From Patescibacteria group bacterium (GTDB lineage Bacteria; Patescibacteriota; Minisyncoccia; Phycocordibacterales; UBA2100): 42,719 bases of DNA. The notes beneath the pieces are model-generated. The model did not search any database. It worked only from the letters and a program-made list of their open reading frames with translations, and was not told the origin of the DNA. The DNA lies in contig JBBUFE010000001.1 in NCBI GenBank assembly GCA_038056635.1, forward strand, positions 7,686 through 50,404, in the 5' to 3' direction. The position numbers and the translations under genes were made by a program. Below, one piece after another: positions 35,556 to 42,719 of the stretch (positions within the stretch are counted from its first letter, which is position 1; each line of letters begins with the position of its first letter).

Positions 35556-35828
35556 ATGACCACTATACAAGTACGCATTGACGAAAAAACGAAAGCAAAG
35601 GCCAATAAGGTCTTTCGCAAAATGGGGCTTGATATGTCGAGCGGCGTTAAGCTATATCTTGCGCGCGTTGTGCAGGACGAGACGATTCCTTTTACCGTTC
35701 GTACGGTGAACGGATATACGCCGGAGCAGGAACGGCAGATGATTAGAGAAACGGAGTATGCGAAACTTCACGGAAAGCGGTACGATGATATCGATGAGTT
35801 GATGCGTGACGTATTCGGCAAGAAGTAA
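35556..35828 (+). CDS. RelB/DinJ-family type II antitoxin
   Basis: MTTIQVRIDEKTKAKANKVFRKMGLDMSSGVKLYLARVV is the DinJ ribbon-helix-helix pattern. The 90-aa length fits. Confidence 0.8.
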   Translation: MTTIQVRIDEKTKAKANKVFRKMGLDMSSGVKLYLARVVQDETIPFTVRTVNGYTPEQERQMIRETEYAKLHGKRYDDIDELMRDVFGKK

Positions 35829-35829
35829 C

Positions 35830-36111
35830 ATGTATTTAGTCGTCATTTCGTCTCGTGCGAGAAAATCATTGCGCAAGTACGAACACATCGGCGTGTTTCC
35901 ACGAGGCAAATTCAGGCAGGCACTCTTGCATCTGCGAGAAAACGGCTTCTTGCCGGTATCCTATAGAGACCACCAGCTCCACGGAGAGCTTTCAACTTAT
36001 CGCGAATTTCACATTGCCTCTGATGTTCTCGTTCAATACGAACATGACGAGAAATTGATGGTTATCACGATTACTGATGTTGGGACGCATACCGAATTTT
36101 TCGGCTCGTAA
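35830..36111 (+). CDS. YafQ/RelE-family type II toxin (mRNA interferase)
   Basis: The ATG at 35830 lies 1 nt after the antitoxin stop. RDHQLHGELSTYREFHIASDVLVQY matches the YafQ DH.L.G....RECHI..D.LLIY motif. Confidence 0.75.
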   Translation: MYLVVISSRARKSLRKYEHIGVFPRGKFRQALLHLRENGFLPVSYRDHQLHGELSTYREFHIASDVLVQYEHDEKLMVITITDVGTHTEFFGS

Positions 36112-36120
36112 CACACGAAG

Positions 36121-37137
36121 CTAGATTAGCGGCGGTTGAGATTTTCGAGGAGCATCCGCTCCTATGTGCTCATATCCCTTTTTCGTCACCGTTCTCCCGC
36201 GGGGAGTTCTGTCCAAAAGGCCGAGTTGCATCAAGTACGGCTCATGCACTTCTTCAATAGTGTCCTCCTCTTCGGAAAGGGAAGCGGAGATTGTTTTTAA
36301 TCCGACAGGACCGCCGCCGAATTTCTCCACGATGATTGAGAGGATGTCGCGGTCGGTCTGATTGAGCCCGCCCTCGTCAATTTCAAGAAGCGCGAGAGCC
36401 TTTTTTACGGTCTTTAAGTTCAACGGCTCTTCGTTAACTTCCGCGAAGTCGCGGCAGCGCTTTAGTAGATAATTCGCCGTGCGCGGTGTCGCGCGGCTTC
36501 TGCTCGCAACTTCTTTTATGGAGTCGCCGTCGGTTTTGATATTAAGGATTTTTGCGGAACGCTTGAGAATTTCCGCTATCTCGTTCTCGCTGTAGTACTG
36601 AAGCCGGAACGTGCCGCCGGAAAAGCGGGAGCGGAGCGGCGCGGAAAGCATGGAAATGCGCGTGGTCGAGGCAATCAGTGTAAAAGGCGGGAGCTCCAAC
36701 TGCACGGTGCGCGCCGAAGGGCCTTTTCCAATTATGATGTCCAAAACCCCGGCTTCCATTGCGGGATACAAGACTTCCTCGATGGTTCGATTGAGCCGAT
36801 GGATTTCGTCTATAAAAAGAACGTCTCCCGGCGAGAGGTTGGTCAGAATTGAAGCGAGGTCGCCCACGCGCTCAACCGCGGGTCCGGAGGTGGCGCGCAT
36901 AGATGCTCCTATCTCTTTTGTCATGAGATGAGCGAGAGTGGTTTTGCCGAGACCGGGCGGCCCATATAGAAGCACGTGCTCGGGCTGGTGGTTTCTGCCT
37001 TTGGCGGCAGTGAGGAGAATTCGCAGGTTCTCTTTTATGGTCGGCTGACCCACATACTCTTCCCAACTCAAAGGGCGGAGCGCCAAATCAAGGGAGCGCG
37101 GGCTTTTTTCAATAGTATTTTTATCTTTATCTGTCAT
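36121..37137 (-). CDS. ruvB: Holliday junction branch-migration helicase RuvB
   Basis: The motifs are LRPLSWEEYVGQ, Walker A GPPGLGKTTLA, Walker B VLFIDEIHRL and the arginine finger LRSRF. The 338-aa length fits. Confidence 0.95.
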   Translation of the reverse strand: MTDKDKNTIEKSPRSLDLALRPLSWEEYVGQPTIKENLRILLTAAKGRNHQPEHVLLYGPPGLGKTTLAHLMTKEIGASMRATSGPAVERVGDLASILTNLSPGDVLFIDEIHRLNRTIEEVLYPAMEAGVLDIIIGKGPSARTVQLELPPFTLIASTTRISMLSAPLRSRFSGGTFRLQYYSENEIAEILKRSAKILNIKTDGDSIKEVASRSRATPRTANYLLKRCRDFAEVNEEPLNLKTVKKALALLEIDEGGLNQTDRDILSIIVEKFGGGPVGLKTISASLSEEEDTIEEVHEPYLMQLGLLDRTPRGRTVTKKGYEHIGADAPRKSQPPLI

Positions 37138-37138
37138 A

Positions 37139-37267
37139 CCCGAACACTAAGTTTGCCGTAATTTTGTGCCGAAGCAACCCCAGAACACTCTGGTTTCCCA
37201 CCTGTTGTTGCAAAACCACCCATAGTGGCTTGGTTCATGAGAGGCAACGGCAAATTTAGTGTGCGGG
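37139..37267. mobile_element. MITE-like element, copy D (129 bp, diverged)
   Basis: The TIRs are CCCGAACACTAAGTTTGCCGTAATTTTGTGCC and GGCAACGGCAAATTTAGTGTGCGGG. A perfect 5-bp direct repeat, TCATA, lies at 37134-37138 and 37268-37272. The left copy contains the ruvB start codon. Confidence 0.7.
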
Positions 37268-37393
37268 TCATACTTGTGAGACCCTCTAGCTCTCTATCAG
37301 AGAGGCGAAGGGACTCTGTAACCTCTTCCACATACAATATCACCATGCGCTTGTCTCGCAACGGGACTCTGACATGGGCCTCTGCACATGCGC

Positions 37394-37427
37394 GTACTTA
37401 TAATATCCGACCGGATATTATAAGTAC
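37394..37427 (-). terminator. 15-bp perfect hairpin downstream of pilB
   Basis: GTACTTATAATATCC-GACC-GGATATTATAAGTAC lies 46 nt after the pilB stop. There is no U-tract. Confidence 0.4.
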
Positions 37428-37472
37428 GGAGTAAAATATCAGCCATCAACCTAAGCCCCCGGGATAAACGCG

Positions 37473-39164
37473 TTAAGTAATCGTCTCGAGCATCCCTTCA
37501 TCATGCAAATCCACGACGCGGCCCAGCTCGTCTAGCGATGTAACTCCCTGCAAAACTTTCACAACCCCGTCCTGTCCCATGCGGCGGATTTTTTGATGCT
37601 TGGCCGCCTGCCAGATTTCCCGCTCGCTTGAAGTTGTGCGAACGGCGCTTTCGATTACGTGGTCCATTAGAATCACTTCAACAATCGCGATGCGCCCTTT
37701 GTATCCCAAGCCTCCGCATTTTTGGCATCCAACGGCTGTCCACATCGTGTCGCGGTTCGCGGGCAGTTCATCCTCGTGAGGAATGTTTTTGAGAAGGGGT
37801 GTAATCATTTTTAAGTCATCGCCGATTATCGGCATAGGCCTCCGGCACTCCGGACACAAGCGCCGAACGAGCCGCTGTGCCATCGCGACCGTTACCGACG
37901 CTCCCAAAATATCGGCATTGATTCCCATGTCTATGAGGCGCGGGAAAGTGCCGGCGGCGTCGTTCGTGTGAAGCGTCGAGAAAACCAGATGTCCTGTTAA
38001 TGACGCTTGAACGGCGGTAGATGCTACGTCTGCGTCGCGGATTTCACCGACCATGATGATGTCTGGGTCCTGGCGGAGGATGGAGCGGAGCCCTAGCGCG
38101 AACGTGTAATCTTTTGAGACCTGCGTCTGCACGATGCCCGGCAAGTGATATTCAATCGGGTCTTCTATCGTAACAATTTTTATTTCTGGACGATGCACTT
38201 TGCGCAGAAAAGCGTAAAGCGTAGTTGTTTTTCCGGAGCCCGTGGGGCCGGTGTTTAAAATCATTCCGTTTGGCTTTGCGACCTCGCGATCGAAAATTTC
38301 CATTAGGTATTTGTCGAAGCCGAGAGTTTCCATAGAAAGCGCGAGCGTCGTGGGGTCGAGCAAGCGCATTACGATTGTTTCCGCATAGGCGCCCGGCAAC
38401 ACCGAGGTGCGTATTTCTATCTCTTTTTCATCCACAACAATCGAAAATCGCCCGTCCTGCGCGGTGTTTTTTATGTTGAGTTTCAGGCCGGAAAGAAGCT
38501 TGATTCGCGAGGAAATGAGGGCGTATGTCGGCCTGTCGAAAGTTAATACATCAATCAAAACCCCGTCCAAACGGTAGCGCATGCGCACGTTTTCTTCTTC
38601 TGGTTCCAGGTGGACGTCGGATGCGCCGAGCGACAAGGCGCCTGCCATCGTCATTTCCAAAATTCGCGAGACACGATGGGTATCCTTGCTTTTCATGTTT
38701 TTCTCGACTTGCTCGCGCAAATTGTTCAGAGTTTTCATTTCCGATATCATTTGCTTTATGATTTCATTTGAAAGCGTAAGAATACCCGCCTCGGTTTCTG
38801 TCGCGTACGAGAGGTCGTGGTAGCGGTCCCACGCATTTTCAAGCGAGCCGCGAGACACGATGTAACGCTCCACAGCGTATCCGAGGCGCTCTAGATTCTG
38901 GATTGTGCGGATTGCGTCCGAGCGATCGGGCGCCCGCATCGCGAGCAAGACTCTTTTATTGATTTTGCGGAACGCGGCGACTTCAGATGCGCGCGATTCT
39001 GCTTCGGGTATAAGACGCAAAGCGTCGGTGTCGATAGATTTGCTCGTTAGGTCGATATACTCCACGCCGTATTTCCCGGAGAGCATCTCGGCGAGCTGTT
39101 CCTCCTCGCGCTCGCGAAGTTCGTGAAGCCGCTCACCCTGCCTCTTTTCGTCGAATTGGGTCAT
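37473..39164 (-). CDS. pilB: type IV pilus / type II secretion assembly ATPase (PilB/GspE family)
   Basis: 563 aa with Walker A GPTGSGKTTTL, the Asp box, Walker B IIMVGEIRD, the His box and the tetracysteine CPEC...CQKC motif. Confidence 0.9.
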   Translation of the reverse strand: MTQFDEKRQGERLHELREREEEQLAEMLSGKYGVEYIDLTSKSIDTDALRLIPEAESRASEVAAFRKINKRVLLAMRAPDRSDAIRTIQNLERLGYAVERYIVSRGSLENAWDRYHDLSYATETEAGILTLSNEIIKQMISEMKTLNNLREQVEKNMKSKDTHRVSRILEMTMAGALSLGASDVHLEPEEENVRMRYRLDGVLIDVLTFDRPTYALISSRIKLLSGLKLNIKNTAQDGRFSIVVDEKEIEIRTSVLPGAYAETIVMRLLDPTTLALSMETLGFDKYLMEIFDREVAKPNGMILNTGPTGSGKTTTLYAFLRKVHRPEIKIVTIEDPIEYHLPGIVQTQVSKDYTFALGLRSILRQDPDIIMVGEIRDADVASTAVQASLTGHLVFSTLHTNDAAGTFPRLIDMGINADILGASVTVAMAQRLVRRLCPECRRPMPIIGDDLKMITPLLKNIPHEDELPANRDTMWTAVGCQKCGGLGYKGRIAIVEVILMDHVIESAVRTTSSEREIWQAAKHQKIRRMGQDGVVKVLQGVTSLDELGRVVDLHDEGMLETIT

Positions 39165-39184
39165 AAGAGTATTATACTCTACAC

Positions 39185-39622
39185 ATGAAGTCGCCTGCTG
39201 TAAGTATGGAAGGGTTGGAAAAAATGGCGTGCGAGTTTGCGACGCGTCTCACTCCTAAAAAAGACGGCGCGACGGTAGCGGCGCTTTCGGGAGACTTGGG
39301 TGCAGGGAAAACTGCTTTTGCGAAGGCGCTCGCGCACGCATACGGCATCAAGGAGGATGTCACGAGCCCTACATATGTAATTGAAAAAATTTACATTCCA
39401 GCAAAAGGCCCGTTTTCCCGTTTCATTCACATTGACGCATATCGATTAAACGGCGCGCACGACCTTGAAGTGCTCGGTTGGAGAGAGTTGCTCCTCGAAC
39501 CATCCAACCTTATCCTTCTTGAGTGGCCGGAGAGGGTGGAAGGAGCAATACCCGCCGACGCAATACGAATTTCACTAGAATTTGTGGACGAAAATATGCG
39601 GGAAGTGACAATCGAAGAATGA
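39185..39622 (+). CDS. tsaE: tRNA t6A37 biosynthesis ATPase TsaE
   Basis: 145 aa with GDLGAGKTAFAKAL, then SPTY and HIDAYR, the YjeE/TsaE signature. Confidence 0.85.
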   Translation: MKSPAVSMEGLEKMACEFATRLTPKKDGATVAALSGDLGAGKTAFAKALAHAYGIKEDVTSPTYVIEKIYIPAKGPFSRFIHIDAYRLNGAHDLEVLGWRELLLEPSNLILLEWPERVEGAIPADAIRISLEFVDENMREVTIEE

Positions 39623-40066
39623 ATTATGAATATAGAATATAGAATAATGAAGACATGATCAAAGATTTTACTGACCTAAATACTTGGAAAGAGGGGCACA
39701 AACTTGTCCTGTTCACTTATAGGATATGCAAAGCTTTTCCCAAGGAAGAACTTTTTGCGTTAGCAAGCCAAATGAAACGAGCTTCAACCTCTATAACCTC
39801 AAACTTGGCAGAAGGCTTTGGCAGAAAAGGTTATAAAGAAAAAGTTCAATTTTATTACTTATCAAACGGATCTTTAGTCGAATTAAAAAATCAACTGATT
39901 ATTGCAAGAGATGTTGGTTATATAAACGGGCAGTTATTCACAGATGGAATGAGGCAAGCAAATCTTACACAGCAACTTCTGCAGGGACTTATCACAAAGT
40001 CAAAATCTTTCCTTCCGAACCATGATTCATAAATCATCATTCTTTATTCAATATTCATAAGATGCT
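39620..40066 (+). mobile_element. second inverted-repeat-flanked cassette carrying a four-helix-bundle gene
   Basis: The left array is TGAATTA TGAATAT AGAATAT AGAATAA TGAAGAC (39620-39654), running exactly from the tsaE stop to the cassette ATG. The right array is ATCATCA TTCTTTA TTCAATA TTCATAA GATGCT (40033-40066). The arms are complementary at 24 of 27 aligned positions. Confidence 0.45.
39655..40032 (+). CDS. four-helix-bundle protein (23S rRNA intervening-sequence protein / Avd-like family)
   Basis: 125 aa. DLNTWKEGHKLVLFTYRICKAFPKEELFALASQMKRASTSITSNLAEGFGR...GSLVELKNQL has the same family signature as 17630-17998. Confidence 0.85.
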   Translation: MIKDFTDLNTWKEGHKLVLFTYRICKAFPKEELFALASQMKRASTSITSNLAEGFGRKGYKEKVQFYYLSNGSLVELKNQLIIARDVGYINGQLFTDGMRQANLTQQLLQGLITKSKSFLPNHDS

Positions 40067-42508
40067 ATGGCCGAAAAGGACACAAAAAAGAATAGCAAAG
40101 ATGGCCGCGGTGACATCAAGCGCCTCGTCCTTCTCGACGCGCACGCGATTATCCATCGCGCGTATCACGCGCTCCCTGACTTTTCATCATCAAAGGGAGA
40201 ACCGACGGGCGCGCTTTACGGCCTCATAACAATGCTTCTGAAAATCATCGAGGATTTGAAGCCGGATTATATTTCTGCGTGCTTTGACCTCCCAGACCCT
40301 ACACATCGCCACATTGCATACGAAGGTTACAAGGCGACGCGCGCAAAAACGGAAGACGCGCTCGTGTCCCAGCTCATACGCTCCCGCGCGGTGTTTAAGG
40401 CGTTTGGAATTCTAACATACGAGGCAAAGGGTTTTGAGGCCGATGATATTTTGGGAACAGTTGCAAAAGGCCTAAAAAAACGCTCCGATATTGAAATTGT
40501 GATAGCTTCGGGCGACCTCGACACTCTCCAACTTGTCGACGGCAAGCGCGTAAAAGTGTACACGCTCCGCAAGGGTTTGAATGACACCGTTATATATGAC
40601 GAAAATGGGGTGGAAGAGAGGTACGGATTCGGTCCGGAGCGCATCCCCGACTACAAAGGATTAAGCGGGGACGCATCAGACAATATAAAGGGAATTACCG
40701 GTATCGGAGAAAAAACCGCTACTAATTTGATATTGCAATTTGGTTCGGTTGAGGAAATTTACAAAACGCTCAAGAAAAATCCTGAAGAATTTGAAAAACG
40801 AGGCATCACTCCGCGAGTCGTGAAAATGTTGAGTGAAGGAGAAAAAGATGCAGTTTTCTCAAAAATGCTCGCGACCATTCGCGCGGATGTACCCATTTCG
40901 TACGAAGTGCCGGAAAAAACTTGGAGCGTGGAAGAGAACCTGCAAAACATCCTTTCTCTTTGCGACGAGTTGGAATTTTACTCGCTGAAGAAGCGTCTCG
41001 TCGCAAAATCAAAATCGGAGAGCTCGCGGGATAGTTCGCAAGAAGAGGAAGCGGTTGATAAAGATGCGCTTGCAGAAACATCAATTGCGCTTTGGCTTCT
41101 CCATTCCGACAGGACGAGCCCGACACACGATGACATTTTGAGGTATGCAAAAACCGAGGATTTTGATTCGGCGCGTAAAATGATTTTTGAAGAGCTGGAA
41201 AAGGCCGGACGATTGCAGGAAGTGTATGACCGCATCGAACGGCCGCTCATTCCCGTCATACAGCGGATGAACAAGGACGGAGTTTTTTTGGATGTGCCGT
41301 ATCTTGAAAAATTAAAGGCAGAGTACAGAGAGGAGTTGGCGAAAATAGAGGGGCGAATTTTCAAGTCCGCTGGGCACGAGTTCAATGTAAGCTCGCCGAA
41401 ACAGCTAGCTGTTGTTTTGTTCGACGAATTGAAGCTCGTCCCTCTAAAACAGAAAAAAACACCCGGAGGCGCCAGAACCACGCGCGAAGACGAGTTGGAA
41501 AAAATGACAGCGCTTCACCCTGCGATTGCCGATGTGCTCTCTTATCGCGAACTTTCCAAACTGCTCTCCACTTATATTGAGAAAATGCCGGCTCTGGTCG
41601 CAGAAGATGGCAAACTGCACGCTGAATTTCTTCAGGCGGGGACTACAACCGGGCGAATTGCGTCCCAAAATCCGAACCTGCAAAACATTCCCATTAAAAG
41701 CGATTATGGCCGGCGCGTCCGCTCGGCGTTTACTGCTACCCCCGGGCATGTTCTCGTTGCGCTGGATTATTCGCAGATAGAGCTTCGAATCGCGGCGGGA
41801 CTTTCGGGAGACAAAAAGTTGCTCAAAGTATTTCAAGAAAAAGGCGATGTGCATACCGCCGTTGCATCGCAGGTTTTTGGCGTTCCAGCTGAAAAAGTAG
41901 ACTACGAAACGCGCCGACGAGCGAAGGTTATTAATTTTGGAATTCTATACGGAATGGGCGTGAACGCCCTCCAGTCGAACTTGGGAACAAACATCTCGCG
42001 CGAGGAATCCGCCAAATTTCTTTCGGAGTATTTCAAAAACTTTTCGGGTCTGGCTTTGTGGATTGAGAAAACGAAAATTGATGCCGCGCGCAGGGGATTT
42101 ACTGAAACTCTTTTCGGACGACGGCGATATTTTTCTGGTTTCAACTCGCCGCTTCCCAATTTGCGCGCGCAGGCGGGGAGAATGGCGGTGAACGCGCCGA
42201 TACAAGGCACGCAAGCCGACATCATCAAGCTCGCGATGGTGGAAGCCGACAAGCTTATAGAAGAAAAGAACTGGCGGGGGAAAGTGCGGCTTGTTCTGCA
42301 AATTCACGACGAACTCGTCTATGAGGTTGCAGAATCAGATGCAGACCTGCCCGCGCCAGCTGGCTGGCAGGCGGGAAAAATCGCCCGCGAGTTATGCAAG
42401 GCGATGGAATCAGTTGTTCCGAAAGGACAATTATCCGGCGTGCCGATAGAAGTCGAAATTGCGATTGGGGAAGACTGGGGAAATTTGAAGAGAGTATCTG
42501 GTATATAG
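40067..42508 (+). CDS. polA: DNA polymerase I
   Basis: 813 aa with the 5' nuclease N-terminus LLDAHAIIHRAYHAL. The polymerase motifs are A (LDYSQIELR), B (RRRAKVINFGILYGM) and C (LQIHDELVYE). Confidence 0.9.
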   Translation: MAEKDTKKNSKDGRGDIKRLVLLDAHAIIHRAYHALPDFSSSKGEPTGALYGLITMLLKIIEDLKPDYISACFDLPDPTHRHIAYEGYKATRAKTEDALVSQLIRSRAVFKAFGILTYEAKGFEADDILGTVAKGLKKRSDIEIVIASGDLDTLQLVDGKRVKVYTLRKGLNDTVIYDENGVEERYGFGPERIPDYKGLSGDASDNIKGITGIGEKTATNLILQFGSVEEIYKTLKKNPEEFEKRGITPRVVKMLSEGEKDAVFSKMLATIRADVPISYEVPEKTWSVEENLQNILSLCDELEFYSLKKRLVAKSKSESSRDSSQEEEAVDKDALAETSIALWLLHSDRTSPTHDDILRYAKTEDFDSARKMIFEELEKAGRLQEVYDRIERPLIPVIQRMNKDGVFLDVPYLEKLKAEYREELAKIEGRIFKSAGHEFNVSSPKQLAVVLFDELKLVPLKQKKTPGGARTTREDELEKMTALHPAIADVLSYRELSKLLSTYIEKMPALVAEDGKLHAEFLQAGTTTGRIASQNPNLQNIPIKSDYGRRVRSAFTATPGHVLVALDYSQIELRIAAGLSGDKKLLKVFQEKGDVHTAVASQVFGVPAEKVDYETRRRAKVINFGILYGMGVNALQSNLGTNISREESAKFLSEYFKNFSGLALWIEKTKIDAARRGFTETLFGRRRYFSGFNSPLPNLRAQAGRMAVNAPIQGTQADIIKLAMVEADKLIEEKNWRGKVRLVLQIHDELVYEVAESDADLPAPAGWQAGKIARELCKAMESVVPKGQLSGVPIEVEIAIGEDWGNLKRVSGI

Positions 42509-42566
42509 TATCTAGTATCTTGTATGAATGCATACCAAATACAAAATACGAAATACTAAATACCAA
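42494..42566. repeat. heptamer-array hairpin (GTATNNN x5 / ATACNAA x5)
   Basis: GTATCTG GTATATA GTATCTA GTATCTT GTATGAA (42494-42528) contains the polA stop. A TGC loop follows, then ATACCAA ATACAAA ATACGAA ATACTAA ATACCAA (42532-42566). ATTCT-ATG comes next. Confidence 0.8.
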
Positions 42567-42571
42567 ATTCT

Positions 42572-42719
42572 ATGTTGTATTTCTACACCGGAACTGACAC
42601 AAAAAAGGCGCGCGGGGAGATGAATAAAGAAATCGCGCGCATTTCTAAAGGCGGAGAGCGCGTTGTTCGAATTACTGATGCAAACTCCGTTGCCGATTTT
42701 ACCGCGTCGCTCCAAGGAG
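42572..42719 (+). CDS. 3'-truncated ORF at window edge, unknown product
   Basis: The ATG at 42572 is followed by 49 open codons (MLYFYTGTDTKKARGEMNKEIARISKGG...) to the end of the window. It starts right after the heptamer hairpin, like other genes here. Confidence 0.35.
   Translation, partial: MLYFYTGTDTKKARGEMNKEIARISKGGERVVRITDANSVADFTASLQG

Noticed and set aside
35340-35620. ORFs 35340-35525 (+) and 35429-35620 (-) in the gap upstream of dinJ
   Set aside because: They span a strong terminator hairpin and the dinJ promoter, overlap each other, and have no motifs or credible starts.
17630-40032. Diversity-generating retroelement, because the four-helix-bundle proteins resemble Avd
   Set aside because: I could not see a reverse transcriptase gene or a template/variable repeat pair in the window.
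77-41481. Numerous long antisense or shadow ORFs (e.g. 77-559, 2337-2699, 6463-7140, 16161-16718, 20224-20775, 22928-23662, 40978-41481)
   Set aside because: Each lies opposite a gene with clear family motifs or a coherent secretion-signal architecture. Their translations are low-complexity, Arg/Ser-rich and motif-free.
10157-42566. CRISPR array interpretation of the short tandem repeats
   Set aside because: The units are 7 nt with no unique spacers between them, the arrays are only 4-5 units long, and no cas genes are present.
1-42719. Alternative genetic code (UGA recoding, as in some CPR lineages)
   Set aside because: All conserved genes are intact under the standard bacterial code. TGA is used as a genuine stop (e.g. 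comM, tsaE, dksA-like).

Overview
This 42.7-kb chromosomal window reads like a small-genome Patescibacteria/CPR (Parcubacteria-like) bacterium. That placement is an inference from gene content: a PrgI-type protein starting MQFQVPQF, compact housekeeping genes, few Shine-Dalgarno sites and many secreted hypothetical proteins. The standard genetic code fits all ORFs.

Gene content:
- The window spans the replication-origin neighbourhood. rpmH-rnpA-yidC-jag lie on the minus strand and dnaA-dnaN on the plus strand, with an extremely AT-rich dnaA-dnaN spacer.
- Housekeeping genes are comM, purA, uvrD-type helicase, rsmA, a class A PBP, a PurH-type AICAR-transformylase domain, ruvC, yebC, ruvB, pilB, tsaE and polA.
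- A DinJ/YafQ toxin-antitoxin pair is present.
- A ~14-kb block (10.2-24.5 kb) encodes a type-IV-secretion-like apparatus. It has a PrgI/VirB3-like protein, a VirB4 ATPase, a VirB6/TrbL-like polytopic protein and a VirB2-like pilin domain, embedded among signal-peptide or TM-anchored proteins of unknown function. No relaxase or coupling protein is in view.
- I did not recognise any rRNA, tRNA, CRISPR array, transposase or integrase.

Three non-genic layers stand out:
1. Five copies of a ~130-136-bp MITE-like element with ~30-bp terminal inverted repeats. Three copies have perfect 5-bp target-site duplications. One sits directly on the ruvB start codon and one apparently donates the rsmA start codon.
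2. Many intergenic spacers are built from in-phase arrays of 7-nt units (4-5 units per arm, mostly TA-containing cores such as CTAG, GTAG/CTAC, GTAT/ATAC, ATAG). The arrays are usually arranged as inverted arms that run from one gene's stop codon to the next gene's start codon.
3. Two four-helix-bundle (23S-rRNA-IVS-protein/Avd-like) genes are each enclosed by such inverted arms. They look like cassettes inserted into operons.

A GC-rich 152-nt element next to purA looks like a structured RNA of unassigned class.

All product calls come from motif recognition by eye, without database searches.
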